A stretch of DNA of 44,279 nucleotides from Zetaproteobacteria bacterium (GCA_003233235.1 QILF01000012.1:1-44279), one strand, 5' to 3'; counted from the first letter of the stretch, positions 9,183 through 19,211 are shown. A program made the numbers and translations. The notes: a model not told the origin generated them from the letters alone.

Positions 9183-10302
9183 TTATTCTTCGCCGCGTTG
9201 CACGCCCATCAGTTGCGCTTGAATGAAAGCATCAATATCGCCATCCAGAAATCCCTGCGTATTGCCGGTTTCCATTCCCGTGCGCAAATCCTTAATACGC
9301 GACTGGTCAAGGACGTAGGAACGAATCTGATGTCCCCAACCAATGTCGGATTTAGCATCTTCCATTTCCTGCTTTTCGGCTTTCTGCTTGTCCAATTCGT
9401 GTTCATACAACCGTGCTTTAAGCATTTTCCACGCCGCCGCGCGATTTTTGTGCTGGCTGCGATCATTCTGGCACTGCACGACAATACCGGTCGGCTCATG
9501 GGTCAGACGAATCGCCGAATCGGTTTTATTAATATGTTGACCACCGGCTCCGGAAGCGCGGTAGGTATCGACACGCACATCGGATTCGTCAATATCAATG
9601 TCAATATCGCGATCAATATCCGGGTAGGCAAAGATTGATGCAAAAGAAGTATGCCGCCGGTTGCCGGAATCGAACGGCGATTTACGTACCAGCCGGTGAA
9701 TCCCCATCTCAGCGCGCAATAATCCGAACGCATATTCACCCTTCACCGAAACCGTCGCCGATTTAATACCCGCCTCTTCACCCGCCGTGCATTCCATCAA
9801 TTCAGTCGTAAAACCTTTGCGCTCAGCCCAGCGCAGATACATGCGCAACAGCATCTCGGCCCAATCCTGCGCCTCCGTACCGCCCGCACCTGCATGCACC
9901 TCGATAAAGGCGCTTTCGGCATCCGTTTCGCCACCAAGCATGCATTCCATTTCCAGTGCGGTGATTTTTTCCTCAATAGCATCCAAGGCTTCCGCCGCTT
10001 CTCCCTGCGTCGCCTGATCGCCTTCATCCGCGCCCATTTCAAAAAGCATCGTCTGCTCTTCCAGTGATTCACCGGCGCTGTTAAACGCCTTAAGCGAACG
10101 TTCCAGCCGTGTGCGCTTCTGCATCACGCCCTGCGCCTGCTCAGGATCATCCCACAGCGTCGGGTCTTCAATACGTGCCGAAAGCTCAATCAGATCGTGT
10201 TCTTTGCCTTCGATGTCAAAGTGACCTCCGCAGCGCGGCAAGACGCGTATCCATCTCTCCCGCCCGCGTACGAAATCCGGCAATCCGATCTTCCATGTTC
10301 AT
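9183..10302 (-). CDS. prfB: Peptide chain release factor 2, expressed through a programmed +1 frameshift
   Basis: The body contains the SPF (RKSPFDS) and GGQ (SGAGGQHINK) motifs. The true start is ATG 10302 (MNMEDRIAGFRTRAGEMDTRLAALRRSL) in another frame, which ends at in-frame TGA 10218-10216. The N-terminus given in the ORF track (MPDFVRGR...) is an artefact. Confidence 0.93.
10215..10229 (-). promoter_or_regulatory. RF2 autoregulatory +1 frameshift site
   Basis: The minus strand reads GGAGG TCA CTT TGA C. An SD-like element lies 3 nt upstream of the slippery CUU UGA C, as at the E. coli prfB site. Confidence 0.9.
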
Positions 10303-10512
10303 CGTTAACTCCATACTTCAACTAATTTTAAAGGATGGTGAAGGTATCGTTTCAGCCCTCTAAATCAACCTGATTCTGCCATATATCCCGATTTGTTAGC
10401 GCCAATATTCGCCATAACGTCCGGTTTGAATTATCCGCCGCACAAACAGGCCTGTGCAGACGCGACTTTCTGTTATCCTGCGCCCTCAACATCACATCTG
10501 CGGAGCAATCAC

Positions 10513-12183
10513 ATGGCCGATTATCAATATATTTACAGCATGCAAGGTGTCGGCAAAGTCGTCGATGGCAAACGTGAAATTCTTAAGGATATTTACCTTT
10601 CCTTCCTGCCCGGCGCAAAAATCGGCGTCCTCGGCTTAAATGGCTCCGGCAAATCGACATTAATGCGCATCATGGCCGGATTGGATACGGAAATTCTCGG
10701 CGAAGCCAAACCGGCCCCCGGCATTCGGGTTGGTTTTCTGTCGCAGGAACCGCAACTCGACCCGCAAAAGGATGTGCGCGGCAATGTTGAGGAAGGTGTG
10801 GCTGAAACCAAAGCACTGCTTGATAAATTCAACGCCATCAGCGAAGCCTTTGGCGAGCCGGATGCTGATTTTGATGCCTTGCTTAAAGAACAGGGGGAAT
10901 TGCAGGACGCGATTGATGCCTGCGATGCATGGAATCTTGAACGCAAGCTGGAAATTGCCGCCGATGCGCTGAGGCTGCCCGATTGGGATGCGGATGTGAG
11001 CAAACTCTCCGGTGGTGAACGCCGTCGTGTTGCATTGTGCCAGTTGCTGCTCTCCAATCCCGATATGCTGCTGCTTGATGAGCCGACCAACCACCTTGAT
11101 GCTGAATCGGTGGCTTGGCTGGAGCGTTTTCTGCATGATTATAAGGGAACCGTCGTCGCCGTAACCCATGATCGCTATTTTTTAGACAATGTGGCCGGCT
11201 GGATACTCGAACTGGATCGCGGGCGCGGCATTCCCTTTGAAGGCAATTATTCAAACTGGCTGGAAGCCAAGGAAAAACGTCTGGCAATTGAAGAAAAACA
11301 GGAATCCTCACGCCAGAAAGCCATCAAACACGAACTGGACTGGGTGCGTAGCGGCGCCAAGGGTCGGCATGCCAAATCCAAGGCGCGTTTAAAAGCGTTT
11401 GATGAATTGGCCAACAAGGACATCCAGCAACAGAACGCCACCAAACAGATTTTCATTCCGGCCGGACCGCGACTCGGCGACATCGTCGTCAAAGCGGAAA
11501 AAATCAATAAAGGCTTCGCCGAACGGCTGCTGGTCGAAAATCTATCTTTCAATCTGCCACGTGGCGGGATTGTCGGTATCATCGGTGCAAATGGCGCGGG
11601 TAAAACCACCCTCTTCAGGATGCTAACGGGTGTGGAGAAAGCGGATTCTGGTGAATTGACGATTGGCGAAACTGTACAATTTTCCTATGTCGATCAGTCA
11701 CGCGATGCTTTGGATGGTGAAAAAACGGTTTGGGAAGAAATTTCCGGTGGTGCTGACTCGCTCTGGCTGGGCAAAATCGAAGTCGCCAGCCGCGCCTACT
11801 GCGGGCGTTTCAATTTTAAAGGTGGCGACCAGCAAAAAAAGGTCAAAGCACTCTCCGGCGGCGAACGCAACCGCGTACATCTGGCCAAAATGCTGCAAAC
11901 CGGCGGTAATGTGCTGCTGCTTGATGAGCCGACCAACGATTTAGATATTGAAACCTTGCGCGCACTGGAAGAAGCACTGCTCGATTTCGCCGGTTGTGCA
12001 GTGATTATTTCGCATGATCGCTGGTTTCTCGACCGCATCGCCACGCACATTCTCGCCTTCGAGGGCGAAGGCCATGTCGAATGGTTTGAAGGCAATTTCG
12101 CCGACTACGAAGAAGACAAGAAAAAGCGCCTTGGCGAAGCCGCAACCCAACCACACCGCATGAAATACAAACGGCTGGCCTGA
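10513..12183 (+). CDS. ettA: Energy-dependent translational throttle protein EttA (ABC-F)
   Basis: The start at ATG 10513 ([15 protein letters not shown]) gives 556 aa. There are two ABC cassettes, with Walker [10 protein letters not shown] and GANGAGKTT and signatures LSGGERRRV and LSGGERNRV. No TM domains are present. Confidence 0.9.
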   Translation: MADYQYIYSMQGVGKVVDGKREILKDIYLSFLPGAKIGVLGLNGSGKSTLMRIMAGLDTEILGEAKPAPGIRVGFLSQEPQLDPQKDVRGNVEEGVAETKALLDKFNAISEAFGEPDADFDALLKEQGELQDAIDACDAWNLERKLEIAADALRLPDWDADVSKLSGGERRRVALCQLLLSNPDMLLLDEPTNHLDAESVAWLERFLHDYKGTVVAVTHDRYFLDNVAGWILELDRGRGIPFEGNYSNWLEAKEKRLAIEEKQESSRQKAIKHELDWVRSGAKGRHAKSKARLKAFDELANKDIQQQNATKQIFIPAGPRLGDIVVKAEKINKGFAERLLVENLSFNLPRGGIVGIIGANGAGKTTLFRMLTGVEKADSGELTIGETVQFSYVDQSRDALDGEKTVWEEISGGADSLWLGKIEVASRAYCGRFNFKGGDQQKKVKALSGGERNRVHLAKMLQTGGNVLLLDEPTNDLDIETLRALEEALLDFAGCAVIISHDRWFLDRIATHILAFEGEGHVEWFEGNFADYEEDKKKRLGEAATQPHRMKYKRLA

Positions 12184-12423
12184 ACCGTTTGATACGGTCC
12201 GTGTATAACGGTTAACGTCCGACTCATTGACTCCACGACCATTGATTTGTGCAGGCAACAGTTTGAAAGGGCAACTTTCCGTACCGGGAAATCAGGTATG
12301 AAAATACATATGGTGTATGACTTTGAAGCTCAATCTATATTAATTGACGCAGGCCTGCGTATGCTCAATTATCCGCCAAGAATTCTTTGAATTCCAATCC
12401 CGTAAATAGAAGGCAATTTATCA

Positions 12424-12825
12424 ATGCACTTTACCATAAAAACACTGACCGTTGTCCTTTGTACGTTTATTTCCCTTACAGCATGTGATCAAAATAAAAA
12501 CACACCTTCATCCCAAGGCATCATATCATCCAGCCTTCAAGCATTACAACGTGACTCGCAACCGGGAGCGGCACTGGTCAAGAAAAAATGCATATCATGC
12601 CACTATCTTAATCGCCATCTGACCAAGGTCGGCCCCTCACTAAAAGGTATATTCGGCCATGCGCCTTCAATATCCGGCGTTCCGTTCGCAATATGGAACG
12701 AAAAAACACTGGATCAGTGGTTAGCAAACCCTACCGGAATCAAACCGAATACTCTCATGGCTATGCCCGGCATCAAATCCAAGAAACAGCGAAAAGCCAT
12801 CATCGACTACCTGAAACAAATCTGA
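12424..12825 (+). CDS. Class I c-type cytochrome, probable lipoprotein
   Basis: 133 aa with a lipobox (FISLTAC), the heme motif CISCH, and a distal Met region (PNTLMAMPG), as in cytochrome c2/c552-like proteins. Confidence 0.8.
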   Translation: MHFTIKTLTVVLCTFISLTACDQNKNTPSSQGIISSSLQALQRDSQPGAALVKKKCISCHYLNRHLTKVGPSLKGIFGHAPSISGVPFAIWNEKTLDQWLANPTGIKPNTLMAMPGIKSKKQRKAIIDYLKQI

Positions 12826-12847
12826 GCTACACGGAGCCTCCTGACTT

Positions 12848-13447
12848 ATGAAGTCCCAAAATAAATCTTTTCCCTTGCTACTTGTCGGCCTTATTTTTTC
12901 TTTGGGACTCATCATCTTCGGCGTTTACAACTTGAACAAAATGCCGACCAGCCCTTACCCTAATATCCATGGGATATTCTCGCTGCATAGTGTCGATGGC
13001 TCGGTTACGTCCAATGATCTTCTAGGTAAGGTTGCTGTGATCTATTTTGGTTATACCCATTGCCCCGATACCTGCCCTGGCACACTGCTCAGAATCGGCG
13101 CAGCACTCAAGTTACTGAATCCTGAGGAGATTCTCAAAGTTGCCCCGTTATTTATTACTACAGATCCGGAGCGTGACAGTCCTGCATTAATGGCAAAATA
13201 CGCCCGCCATTTTGATTCACATATTCTAGGTTTAAGCGGCAGTTCAGAAGAGATTAAGGCTGCCACAAAATCTTTTTTGAGCGGTTACAAACAAGAAGCT
13301 CCAGACAAAGATGGTAACTATGTCGTCAGCCATGCGTCCTACATTATCATTGTCCGCCCGGACGGCAGCATCGGAGAATTCATGCCGCACAGCAGTAGGC
13401 CAGAAGATATAGCCGCAACCATTCGTCACTGGCTGCGCTGGACCTGA
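12848..13447 (+). CDS. SCO1/SenC family copper chaperone (thioredoxin fold)
   Basis: 199 aa with an N-terminal TM anchor, the CxxxC motif in YTHCPDTCP, and a downstream His (VVSHASY). Confidence 0.85.
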   Translation: MKSQNKSFPLLLVGLIFSLGLIIFGVYNLNKMPTSPYPNIHGIFSLHSVDGSVTSNDLLGKVAVIYFGYTHCPDTCPGTLLRIGAALKLLNPEEILKVAPLFITTDPERDSPALMAKYARHFDSHILGLSGSSEEIKAATKSFLSGYKQEAPDKDGNYVVSHASYIIIVRPDGSIGEFMPHSSRPEDIAATIRHWLRWT

Positions 13448-13487
13448 CCCGGCGTAAACACAGGACAGGTGAATGTACTGACTTCGC

Positions 13488-14837
13488 TCATTTGAACAAT
13501 CCGGCCATCGCATCCGGCTGATAGCGGGTTTTATCCACTTTCATATAAATCACTCCCTCTTCCGGAATCATGCTCACCTCCTCTACGCCGCTAAGTTGGC
13601 GTATATTTGTCATCAACGTATCGGCTTGCGCCTGATTCAGGTTAGCGATGGAAACCATCTGCCGGGTCAGATTCATGGGAAATTGCATGCCACGGCAGAG
13701 CAGCAGCCAGACCAGCGCCAGAACGGCGCTGACCATGAACACGCCGCTGACCCCGAATGCGCCGTATATCACGCCACCGGAAATGCCACCGCAAAATACG
13801 CCGAAAAACTGAGAAGTGGAGTAGGCCCCCATGGCCGTCCCCTTGTCTGCTGCGGGCGCCAAACGTGATACCAGCGATGGCAGGCTGGCCTCCAGCACAT
13901 TGAAAGCGACAAAATAGATCAACATGCCGACGACCAATCCGGCCATGGTATGGTGCGTCATACTCATCAACACTTCTGCGACCATCAGCGCCGCCACGCA
14001 TGCGGTAAAAATCTGTTTCATCCTGCCACGTTTCTCAGCCACGATAATCAGGGGAATCATGCCAAGCACGGAGGCCAGCAGGATAGGCAGGTAAAACCAG
14101 ACTTGCGATGACGTCGGCAGATGTAAGTCATTGCGTAGCGCAAAGGGAAGCGCAATAAATGTAGAGGTCATCATCGTATGCAGCAGAAAGATGCCTGCAT
14201 CGAGCCGCAGTAACTGGCGATTTGCCAATACCTGTTTCAATTTCATCGGCTCGGCTTCAACATCGCTGTGTTTTGAACTATGTTGCGGATTCGGCACGCC
14301 GAGATAAAGGATGATAATACCCAGCACACCAAACACCGATGCAAGCCAGAACAGGCCATCCACACCGATATAGCTATCCAGCAGCGGACCAAGTACCAAA
14401 GCGAGCGTAAACGAAGCACCGATCCCCATGCCGAACACGGCCATGGCCTTGGTGCGCTGCGATTCGTCGGTCAAATCGGCAATCAGGGCCATCACAGCCG
14501 CAGCAATCGCGCCTGACCCCTGTAACAATCGTCCTGCAATGACACCGCCCACCGAGTCCGACATAGCCGCCACCGCGCCGCCCAGCACGAACAACAGCAA
14601 TCCGGCGGCAATCACCGGTTTGCGTCCGAAACGATCCGACATCATACCGAATGGAATCTGCAATAAAGCCATCGTCAGGCCATAACCGCCGAGCGCCAGT
14701 CCGGTTAGCAGCGGTGTGCTGCCACTCAAATTTTCAGCATACAGGGCAAAAACGGGCAGAATCATGAATAGGCCCAGCATGCGCAGGCAGTAGATACCGG
14801 CCAGTGAAAATACGCCCCGGCGTTCGATGGCCTGCAT
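13488..14837 (-). CDS. MFS transporter
   Basis: I place the start at ATG 14837 (MQAIERRGVFSLAGIY...), which overlaps the ctaA stop by 1 nt (TGATG). The protein has about 12 TM helices and the MFS loop motif MSDRFGRKP. Confidence 0.8.
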   Translation of the reverse strand: MQAIERRGVFSLAGIYCLRMLGLFMILPVFALYAENLSGSTPLLTGLALGGYGLTMALLQIPFGMMSDRFGRKPVIAAGLLLFVLGGAVAAMSDSVGGVIAGRLLQGSGAIAAAVMALIADLTDESQRTKAMAVFGMGIGASFTLALVLGPLLDSYIGVDGLFWLASVFGVLGIIILYLGVPNPQHSSKHSDVEAEPMKLKQVLANRQLLRLDAGIFLLHTMMTSTFIALPFALRNDLHLPTSSQVWFYLPILLASVLGMIPLIIVAEKRGRMKQIFTACVAALMVAEVLMSMTHHTMAGLVVGMLIYFVAFNVLEASLPSLVSRLAPAADKGTAMGAYSTSQFFGVFCGGISGGVIYGAFGVSGVFMVSAVLALVWLLLCRGMQFPMNLTRQMVSIANLNQAQADTLMTNIRQLSGVEEVSMIPEEGVIYMKVDKTRYQPDAMAGLFK

Positions 14838-15865
14838 CAGGATTCCCGCAATGCGTGATTGGTGAACAGCGCAAGCGTAAACAGCAGCATCGCACCGCCC
14901 TGATGGCTCACCGCCAGCCATGTTGGAACTACCAATATCAGAGTGGCAATACCCAGCGAAACCTGTAGCGCGGCCATGCCCAGCAGGAGATTAAAAGCCA
15001 GTCGCGCCCGCGCCGAGAGTTCAAAACCGCGCGCATACCACCACAAACCGGCAGTACTCAGGATCGTTATTTCGGCCAATAATCGATGATCAAACTGAAC
15101 CGCTGCAATATTTTCAAAGAAATTCAAATAGAACGACTTAAGCATGGCGTAACCCTCGGGAATAAACTGACCATCCATCAAAGGGAATGTATTGTAGGCG
15201 AAGCCGGCCTTCAGGCCTGCCACCATGCCACCGGCGACCACGGTCAACGCAATCAGGCTGGTTAAACCCAGCGCCAAACGTCTGAGTGGCCTGATATCAT
15301 ACAACGAGGCGCCTTTGGCCGGAAACAGCAGCCCCATCGCCACCCATAAAATATATCCGAAAATAATGAATGCCGCCGACAAATGAGCGGTCAGCCGATA
15401 CTGACTGACATGCGGATTATCAAAACCGCTGCTGACCATATACCAGCCCAGCACGCCCTGCATACCACCCAATATGAACATAATGACCAGTTTGGGACGA
15501 AACGGTTTCGCTACTTTCCCGGCCATCAGAAAATAGATAAACGGCAACAAAAAGAGCAATCCAATCAATCGCCCCCAGACACGGTGAATATATTCGAGCA
15601 TAAAAATACGCTTATAAGCTTCCACATCCATGCCGGGATTTAACTCATAAAATTCAGGAATCTTTTTGTAGTGTTCGAAGGAATCCAGCCACTGCACCTG
15701 ATTCAGGGGTGGAATCCACCCCATCAACGGATCCCAGGTCATCATCGAAAGACCGGAATGTGTTAAACGGGTAGCGCCGCCAATCACCAGCATAACAAAA
15801 ATGGCCGCACACACACACAATAACCAGATGGCAATCTGTCTGTTGTTGCGGATTTCATCAGGCAT
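14837..15865 (-). CDS. ctaA: Heme A synthase (COX15/CtaA family)
   Basis: The N-terminal region (IAIWLLCVCAAIFVMLVIGGATRLTHSGLSM, with EYIHRVWGR) is COX15-like, and it contains several conserved His in TM helices. I place the start at ATG 15865 with SD gaggag. It overlaps the upstream gene's stop by 8 nt. Confidence 0.85.
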   Translation of the reverse strand: MPDEIRNNRQIAIWLLCVCAAIFVMLVIGGATRLTHSGLSMMTWDPLMGWIPPLNQVQWLDSFEHYKKIPEFYELNPGMDVEAYKRIFMLEYIHRVWGRLIGLLFLLPFIYFLMAGKVAKPFRPKLVIMFILGGMQGVLGWYMVSSGFDNPHVSQYRLTAHLSAAFIIFGYILWVAMGLLFPAKGASLYDIRPLRRLALGLTSLIALTVVAGGMVAGLKAGFAYNTFPLMDGQFIPEGYAMLKSFYLNFFENIAAVQFDHRLLAEITILSTAGLWWYARGFELSARARLAFNLLLGMAALQVSLGIATLILVVPTWLAVSHQGGAMLLFTLALFTNHALRES

Positions 15866-17225
15866 CGGCTTTCTCCTCACCCCTGCCCCTGAACATCACT
15901 GGCAACACAACAACAGCAAACAGGATCCCACTCAGCACCGCAATCACGCCACCAAGGCCAACCAGATCCTGCGGCGTCAGCCATGCATGCACGCCGATAT
16001 CCTGCGTCGTACCCACGACTTTGCGTTTCATACCATGGCCACCACCCCATGCTAAACCAATGATGTGGATCATTTGGCCGATGGCATAAGCATAAACCTG
16101 AATTCTGGCCCATTTCAGATTGGGTGTCGCAAAGCCGAAACGGGGCAGCCAGTAGTAGGTCATGGCCATAAAAGCCATGGTCACCGATACAATCGAGCCA
16201 TGATAATGGGCTGTAATCAGCGTACTGCTTTCGCCAATAAACAGACCCAGCGTTCCACCTGTGGCAAACAATGCAATCGACAACAGCATGGCGGCGTACA
16301 AATGCCGATCTTCCAGTGCAGGAGCACTGCCTCTAAATGCCACCCACATAACGCTCAAACCAATCACAAACGGGGCAACGCCATTGCCATCGCGCATCAA
16401 CCATACAAACCAGCGGGCAAAACCGACATCCCCCACCTGATGCTGGATAAAGGGAATCACGGCAAGCAATACCGATACAAGACTGATGGCGAATACGGCC
16501 ATCACAAGCCGGGGATGAACAGACGGTTTAAGACCACAGACTTCTGCCAACCATAACCAGCAGACGCACAACAATGCCGTATGCGTAAACTGGAGAATGT
16601 GACCACTAGCCCAGAACAACGGCTCATAATAAGCGCGATGTTCCAGTCCGGTCGGCATCTGAGCAAAACTCCATAACAAAGCCAGCAGCGCGGCTAAGGC
16701 AGCTACAGCAGCACTCCAAACGCCAAAACGCATCGCCCCCTCATGATTTGAGTCAAAAACGCGCGCCACGGGGATGGCTACAATACTGCGCAGTACCAGC
16801 AACAGGATACCACCGCCAAACACAATCAACCCCTTGATAAAATAATGATTTTCCAGCATCGGCACATAATTGTTGGTGAGCGGGTTGGCCGCCCCCGTTA
16901 ATGGTGAAATACCAACAAGTATGCCGCCCGCCACCACCAGCGTCAGCGCAATCCATCCGCTTTTAACAGCACGTGATGTTGAATTTAAACTCCAGAATAC
17001 CCCGGCAATCGCCAGCAGCCACCACAGCACCGTAAAATCGACATGCAACACCAGCGCCGTATAGAAAAAATCCTTCCATGGCATTTCATAACTGGTACGC
17101 GCCAGCGCCAACAACAACGGATAAATACCGGAAGCCAGCAGAAATCCTACCGCCACGCATAACCAGCCAATAGCCAAGCGCTGCTGAGGTGTATCAGCAA
17201 GTGATAATGTATATTTATTGCTCAT
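15858..17225 (-). CDS. Divergent heme-copper oxidase subunit-I-like membrane protein (non-canonical active-site ligands)
   Basis: 455 aa with about 12 TM helices. His61 (LVLHVDF), His209 (LFWASGHILQF), His262 (IQHQV) and His340/342 (AHYHGS...YYWLP) have the spacing of HCO subunit I and NorB ligands. However, the helix-VII HH pair is QHQ here, and the position of the cross-linked Tyr is Phe. Confidence 0.55.
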   Translation of the reverse strand: MSNKYTLSLADTPQQRLAIGWLCVAVGFLLASGIYPLLLALARTSYEMPWKDFFYTALVLHVDFTVLWWLLAIAGVFWSLNSTSRAVKSGWIALTLVVAGGILVGISPLTGAANPLTNNYVPMLENHYFIKGLIVFGGGILLLVLRSIVAIPVARVFDSNHEGAMRFGVWSAAVAALAALLALLWSFAQMPTGLEHRAYYEPLFWASGHILQFTHTALLCVCWLWLAEVCGLKPSVHPRLVMAVFAISLVSVLLAVIPFIQHQVGDVGFARWFVWLMRDGNGVAPFVIGLSVMWVAFRGSAPALEDRHLYAAMLLSIALFATGGTLGLFIGESSTLITAHYHGSIVSVTMAFMAMTYYWLPRFGFATPNLKWARIQVYAYAIGQMIHIIGLAWGGGHGMKRKVVGTTQDIGVHAWLTPQDLVGLGGVIAVLSGILFAVVVLPVMFRGRGEEKADA

Positions 17226-17371
17226 AGATACTTCCTTGAAGTAATTTTTTCGACGCGAAGTTTAGCACCGGTGCTTTCCCATCGCAGTAGATTTATCTCT
17301 CGTGCATCTTAAACGACATGCCTGAACATCCTGCCGTTTTCCACAGGCTTGATTTGTGCGACCATTCCGCC

Positions 17372-17962
17372 ATGCCATATAATCGCACCATACGCATCCT
17401 TCACTTTACGATTGTCCTGTCCGTACTGCTGCAACTGCTAGGGGAAACACTGATCGGTCTGCCCGAACCCAATCACCCCAGGCACGGTATGGATACGCTT
17501 ATTGTCGGCATCCATGAAACCATCGGCATCATCGCACTTATCCTTGTATGCACCTATCTGGCAATGGTTGTGGATGAGGCGGCTGGTCGCAACCGGTTAT
17601 TTCCTTGGCTCAGCGCATCGGGGCGTAGCGGCCTCTGGTCGGAAATAGGCCGGGATATGCCGGATTGGCTGCGTGGTAAACTGCCGCCGCCCGAAGAAAA
17701 CCACACCATTGCCGGTACAATACACGGGCTGGGTATTTCTCTGGCGCTGTTGATGGGGCTAACCGGCATGATGATATTTCTCGGCACTGGGCCGCATGGG
17801 GAAATGCCGCCCGATATCAAAGCCATTTGGCAATACCATAGCATCATGGGTACCATGATGTGGGTTTTCGTGGCCGGACATGCAGGCATGGCGATAGTGC
17901 ATGAAATCAAGGGCCACAAGGTATTACGGGAAATGTTTAAATTAGGGAAAAGCCTTGGTTAA
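17372..17962 (+). CDS. Cytochrome b561 family protein (CybB-like diheme membrane cytochrome), paralog 1
   Basis: I place the start at ATG 17372 (MPYNRTIRILHF...), giving 196 aa, the same length as the paralog. It has 4 TM helices with conserved His (ILHF, GIHE, GTIHGLG, AGHAGMAIVH) and the shared motif RLFPWL. Confidence 0.75.
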   Translation: MPYNRTIRILHFTIVLSVLLQLLGETLIGLPEPNHPRHGMDTLIVGIHETIGIIALILVCTYLAMVVDEAAGRNRLFPWLSASGRSGLWSEIGRDMPDWLRGKLPPPEENHTIAGTIHGLGISLALLMGLTGMMIFLGTGPHGEMPPDIKAIWQYHSIMGTMMWVFVAGHAGMAIVHEIKGHKVLREMFKLGKSLG

Positions 17963-18044
17963 TCCGCAACATCAGTTAATTCACAATATCAGCATGCGAT
18001 GGGTCCGAAACAAGAATCCACTCCGTTCATGGAATAATTAACCG

Positions 18045-18638
18045 ATGCGATTTAATCGGCTCACACGTTTTCTTCATCTGTGCATCATGCTTGGCGTGCT
18101 CATACAACTAATCAGTTCGCAATTGATGCAGGTGCCAAAACCCGGCGAAACAGTATCTGCCGTTGAAGCCATATTCATGGAACTGCATGAATGGAACGGC
18201 TTTATAGTGCTGGCTATTGTCGCCTTTTATCTCATGTCTTTGACAGATGACCGCGACGACTGGAAGCGGCTGTTTCCATGGCTAACCGTAAACGGCTGCA
18301 AGGGTTTATGGCAGGAAATCCGTTTTGATATGCCCGGCTGGTTGAAGGGACGCCTGAAAAAACCTGCCGAAGCGCACTATATTGCCGGAACCGTGCATAG
18401 CTTGGGTATACTGCTTTTAATTGCTCTCGGCTCGACCGGTATCATGATTTTTATGGGACTGGAATCCAGCGGGGAGATGAATGACGAGATCAAACTGCTG
18501 CGGGCGCTGCACGAAAATTTAGCCACACTGCTTTGGATTTATTTGTTCGGGCATATTGGCATGACCATCATACATCAGCTTAAGGGTCACAGCGTATTGA
18601 AGGATATGTTCAAGCTCAAAGAAGACAATCCGGAGTAG
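18045..18638 (+). CDS. Cytochrome b561 family protein, paralog 2 (tandem duplicate)
   Basis: 197 aa, colinear with paralog 1 at roughly 40% identity by eye. Shared segments are FLHL, ELHEW, RLFPWL, AGTVHSLG and FGHIGMTIIH. Confidence 0.75.
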   Translation: MRFNRLTRFLHLCIMLGVLIQLISSQLMQVPKPGETVSAVEAIFMELHEWNGFIVLAIVAFYLMSLTDDRDDWKRLFPWLTVNGCKGLWQEIRFDMPGWLKGRLKKPAEAHYIAGTVHSLGILLLIALGSTGIMIFMGLESSGEMNDEIKLLRALHENLATLLWIYLFGHIGMTIIHQLKGHSVLKDMFKLKEDNPE

Positions 18639-18662
18639 GTACTGGCCGGAAACAACGCCCCC

Positions 18663-19211
18663 TCACTTGTTTACAAGCGCAGAATCAGCAGCAGTCACAA
18701 TGATGGTGCCAATCATATCATAGTGGCCTGTGCCGCAAAAATCGCCACAATGCATGTTGAAACGCCCAATCTTATGCGGAGAAAATGAGACCGTGGTGAA
18801 CTGGCCCAGTCTGATCCGGTTCATCAGTTTCAACTCCTGCACAACCAGCGCATGCGGCATATCCTGAGACGTCAGGTGTAAGCGGTAAGGCTGATCCTGC
18901 TCCAGTTCCAAAATATAATCGCCCCATGTATAATTACGTCCAAGCAGATAAATATCGCTATCGGCAGGTGGATGCACAATCGCCAGCTTCCCCTCATGAC
19001 GAACCGTATAGCTGGCTACCATATGCTTGAGTTTTCCCTTGAATGCTTCCAACTGGACACGGGTAATTTTCTTTTTTGCCACCGTATAGTCCGGCCTGCT
19101 GCTGATTGTTTTCATGGTGAACGAGCCGACCACCAGAGTGGCCAGTATTGCGATCGCAAGAAAAAGCCCCGCATTGACCCGCTTCTTTTCAGGTACTGGA
19201 TTATTTCCCAT
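18663..19211 (-). CDS. Orphan CuA-type cupredoxin protein, cytochrome oxidase subunit-II-like (single TM, ba3-like architecture)
   Basis: 182 aa with one N-terminal TM helix (AGLFLAIAILATLVVGSF). The full CuA ligand pattern is present: LTSQDMPHAL ... HCGDFCGTGHYDM, that is H...C-x3-C-x3-H-x2-M. Confidence 0.7.
   Translation of the reverse strand: MGNNPVPEKKRVNAGLFLAIAILATLVVGSFTMKTISSRPDYTVAKKKITRVQLEAFKGKLKHMVASYTVRHEGKLAIVHPPADSDIYLLGRNYTWGDYILELEQDQPYRLHLTSQDMPHALVVQELKLMNRIRLGQFTTVSFSPHKIGRFNMHCGDFCGTGHYDMIGTIIVTAADSALVNK

Noticed and set aside
10393-10512. N-terminal 40-codon extension of ettA in the ORF track (TTG start).
   Set aside because: EttA homologs begin at the MADYQYIY-type sequence. 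The extension has no homology-like features, and ATG 10513 gives the canonical length of about 555 aa.
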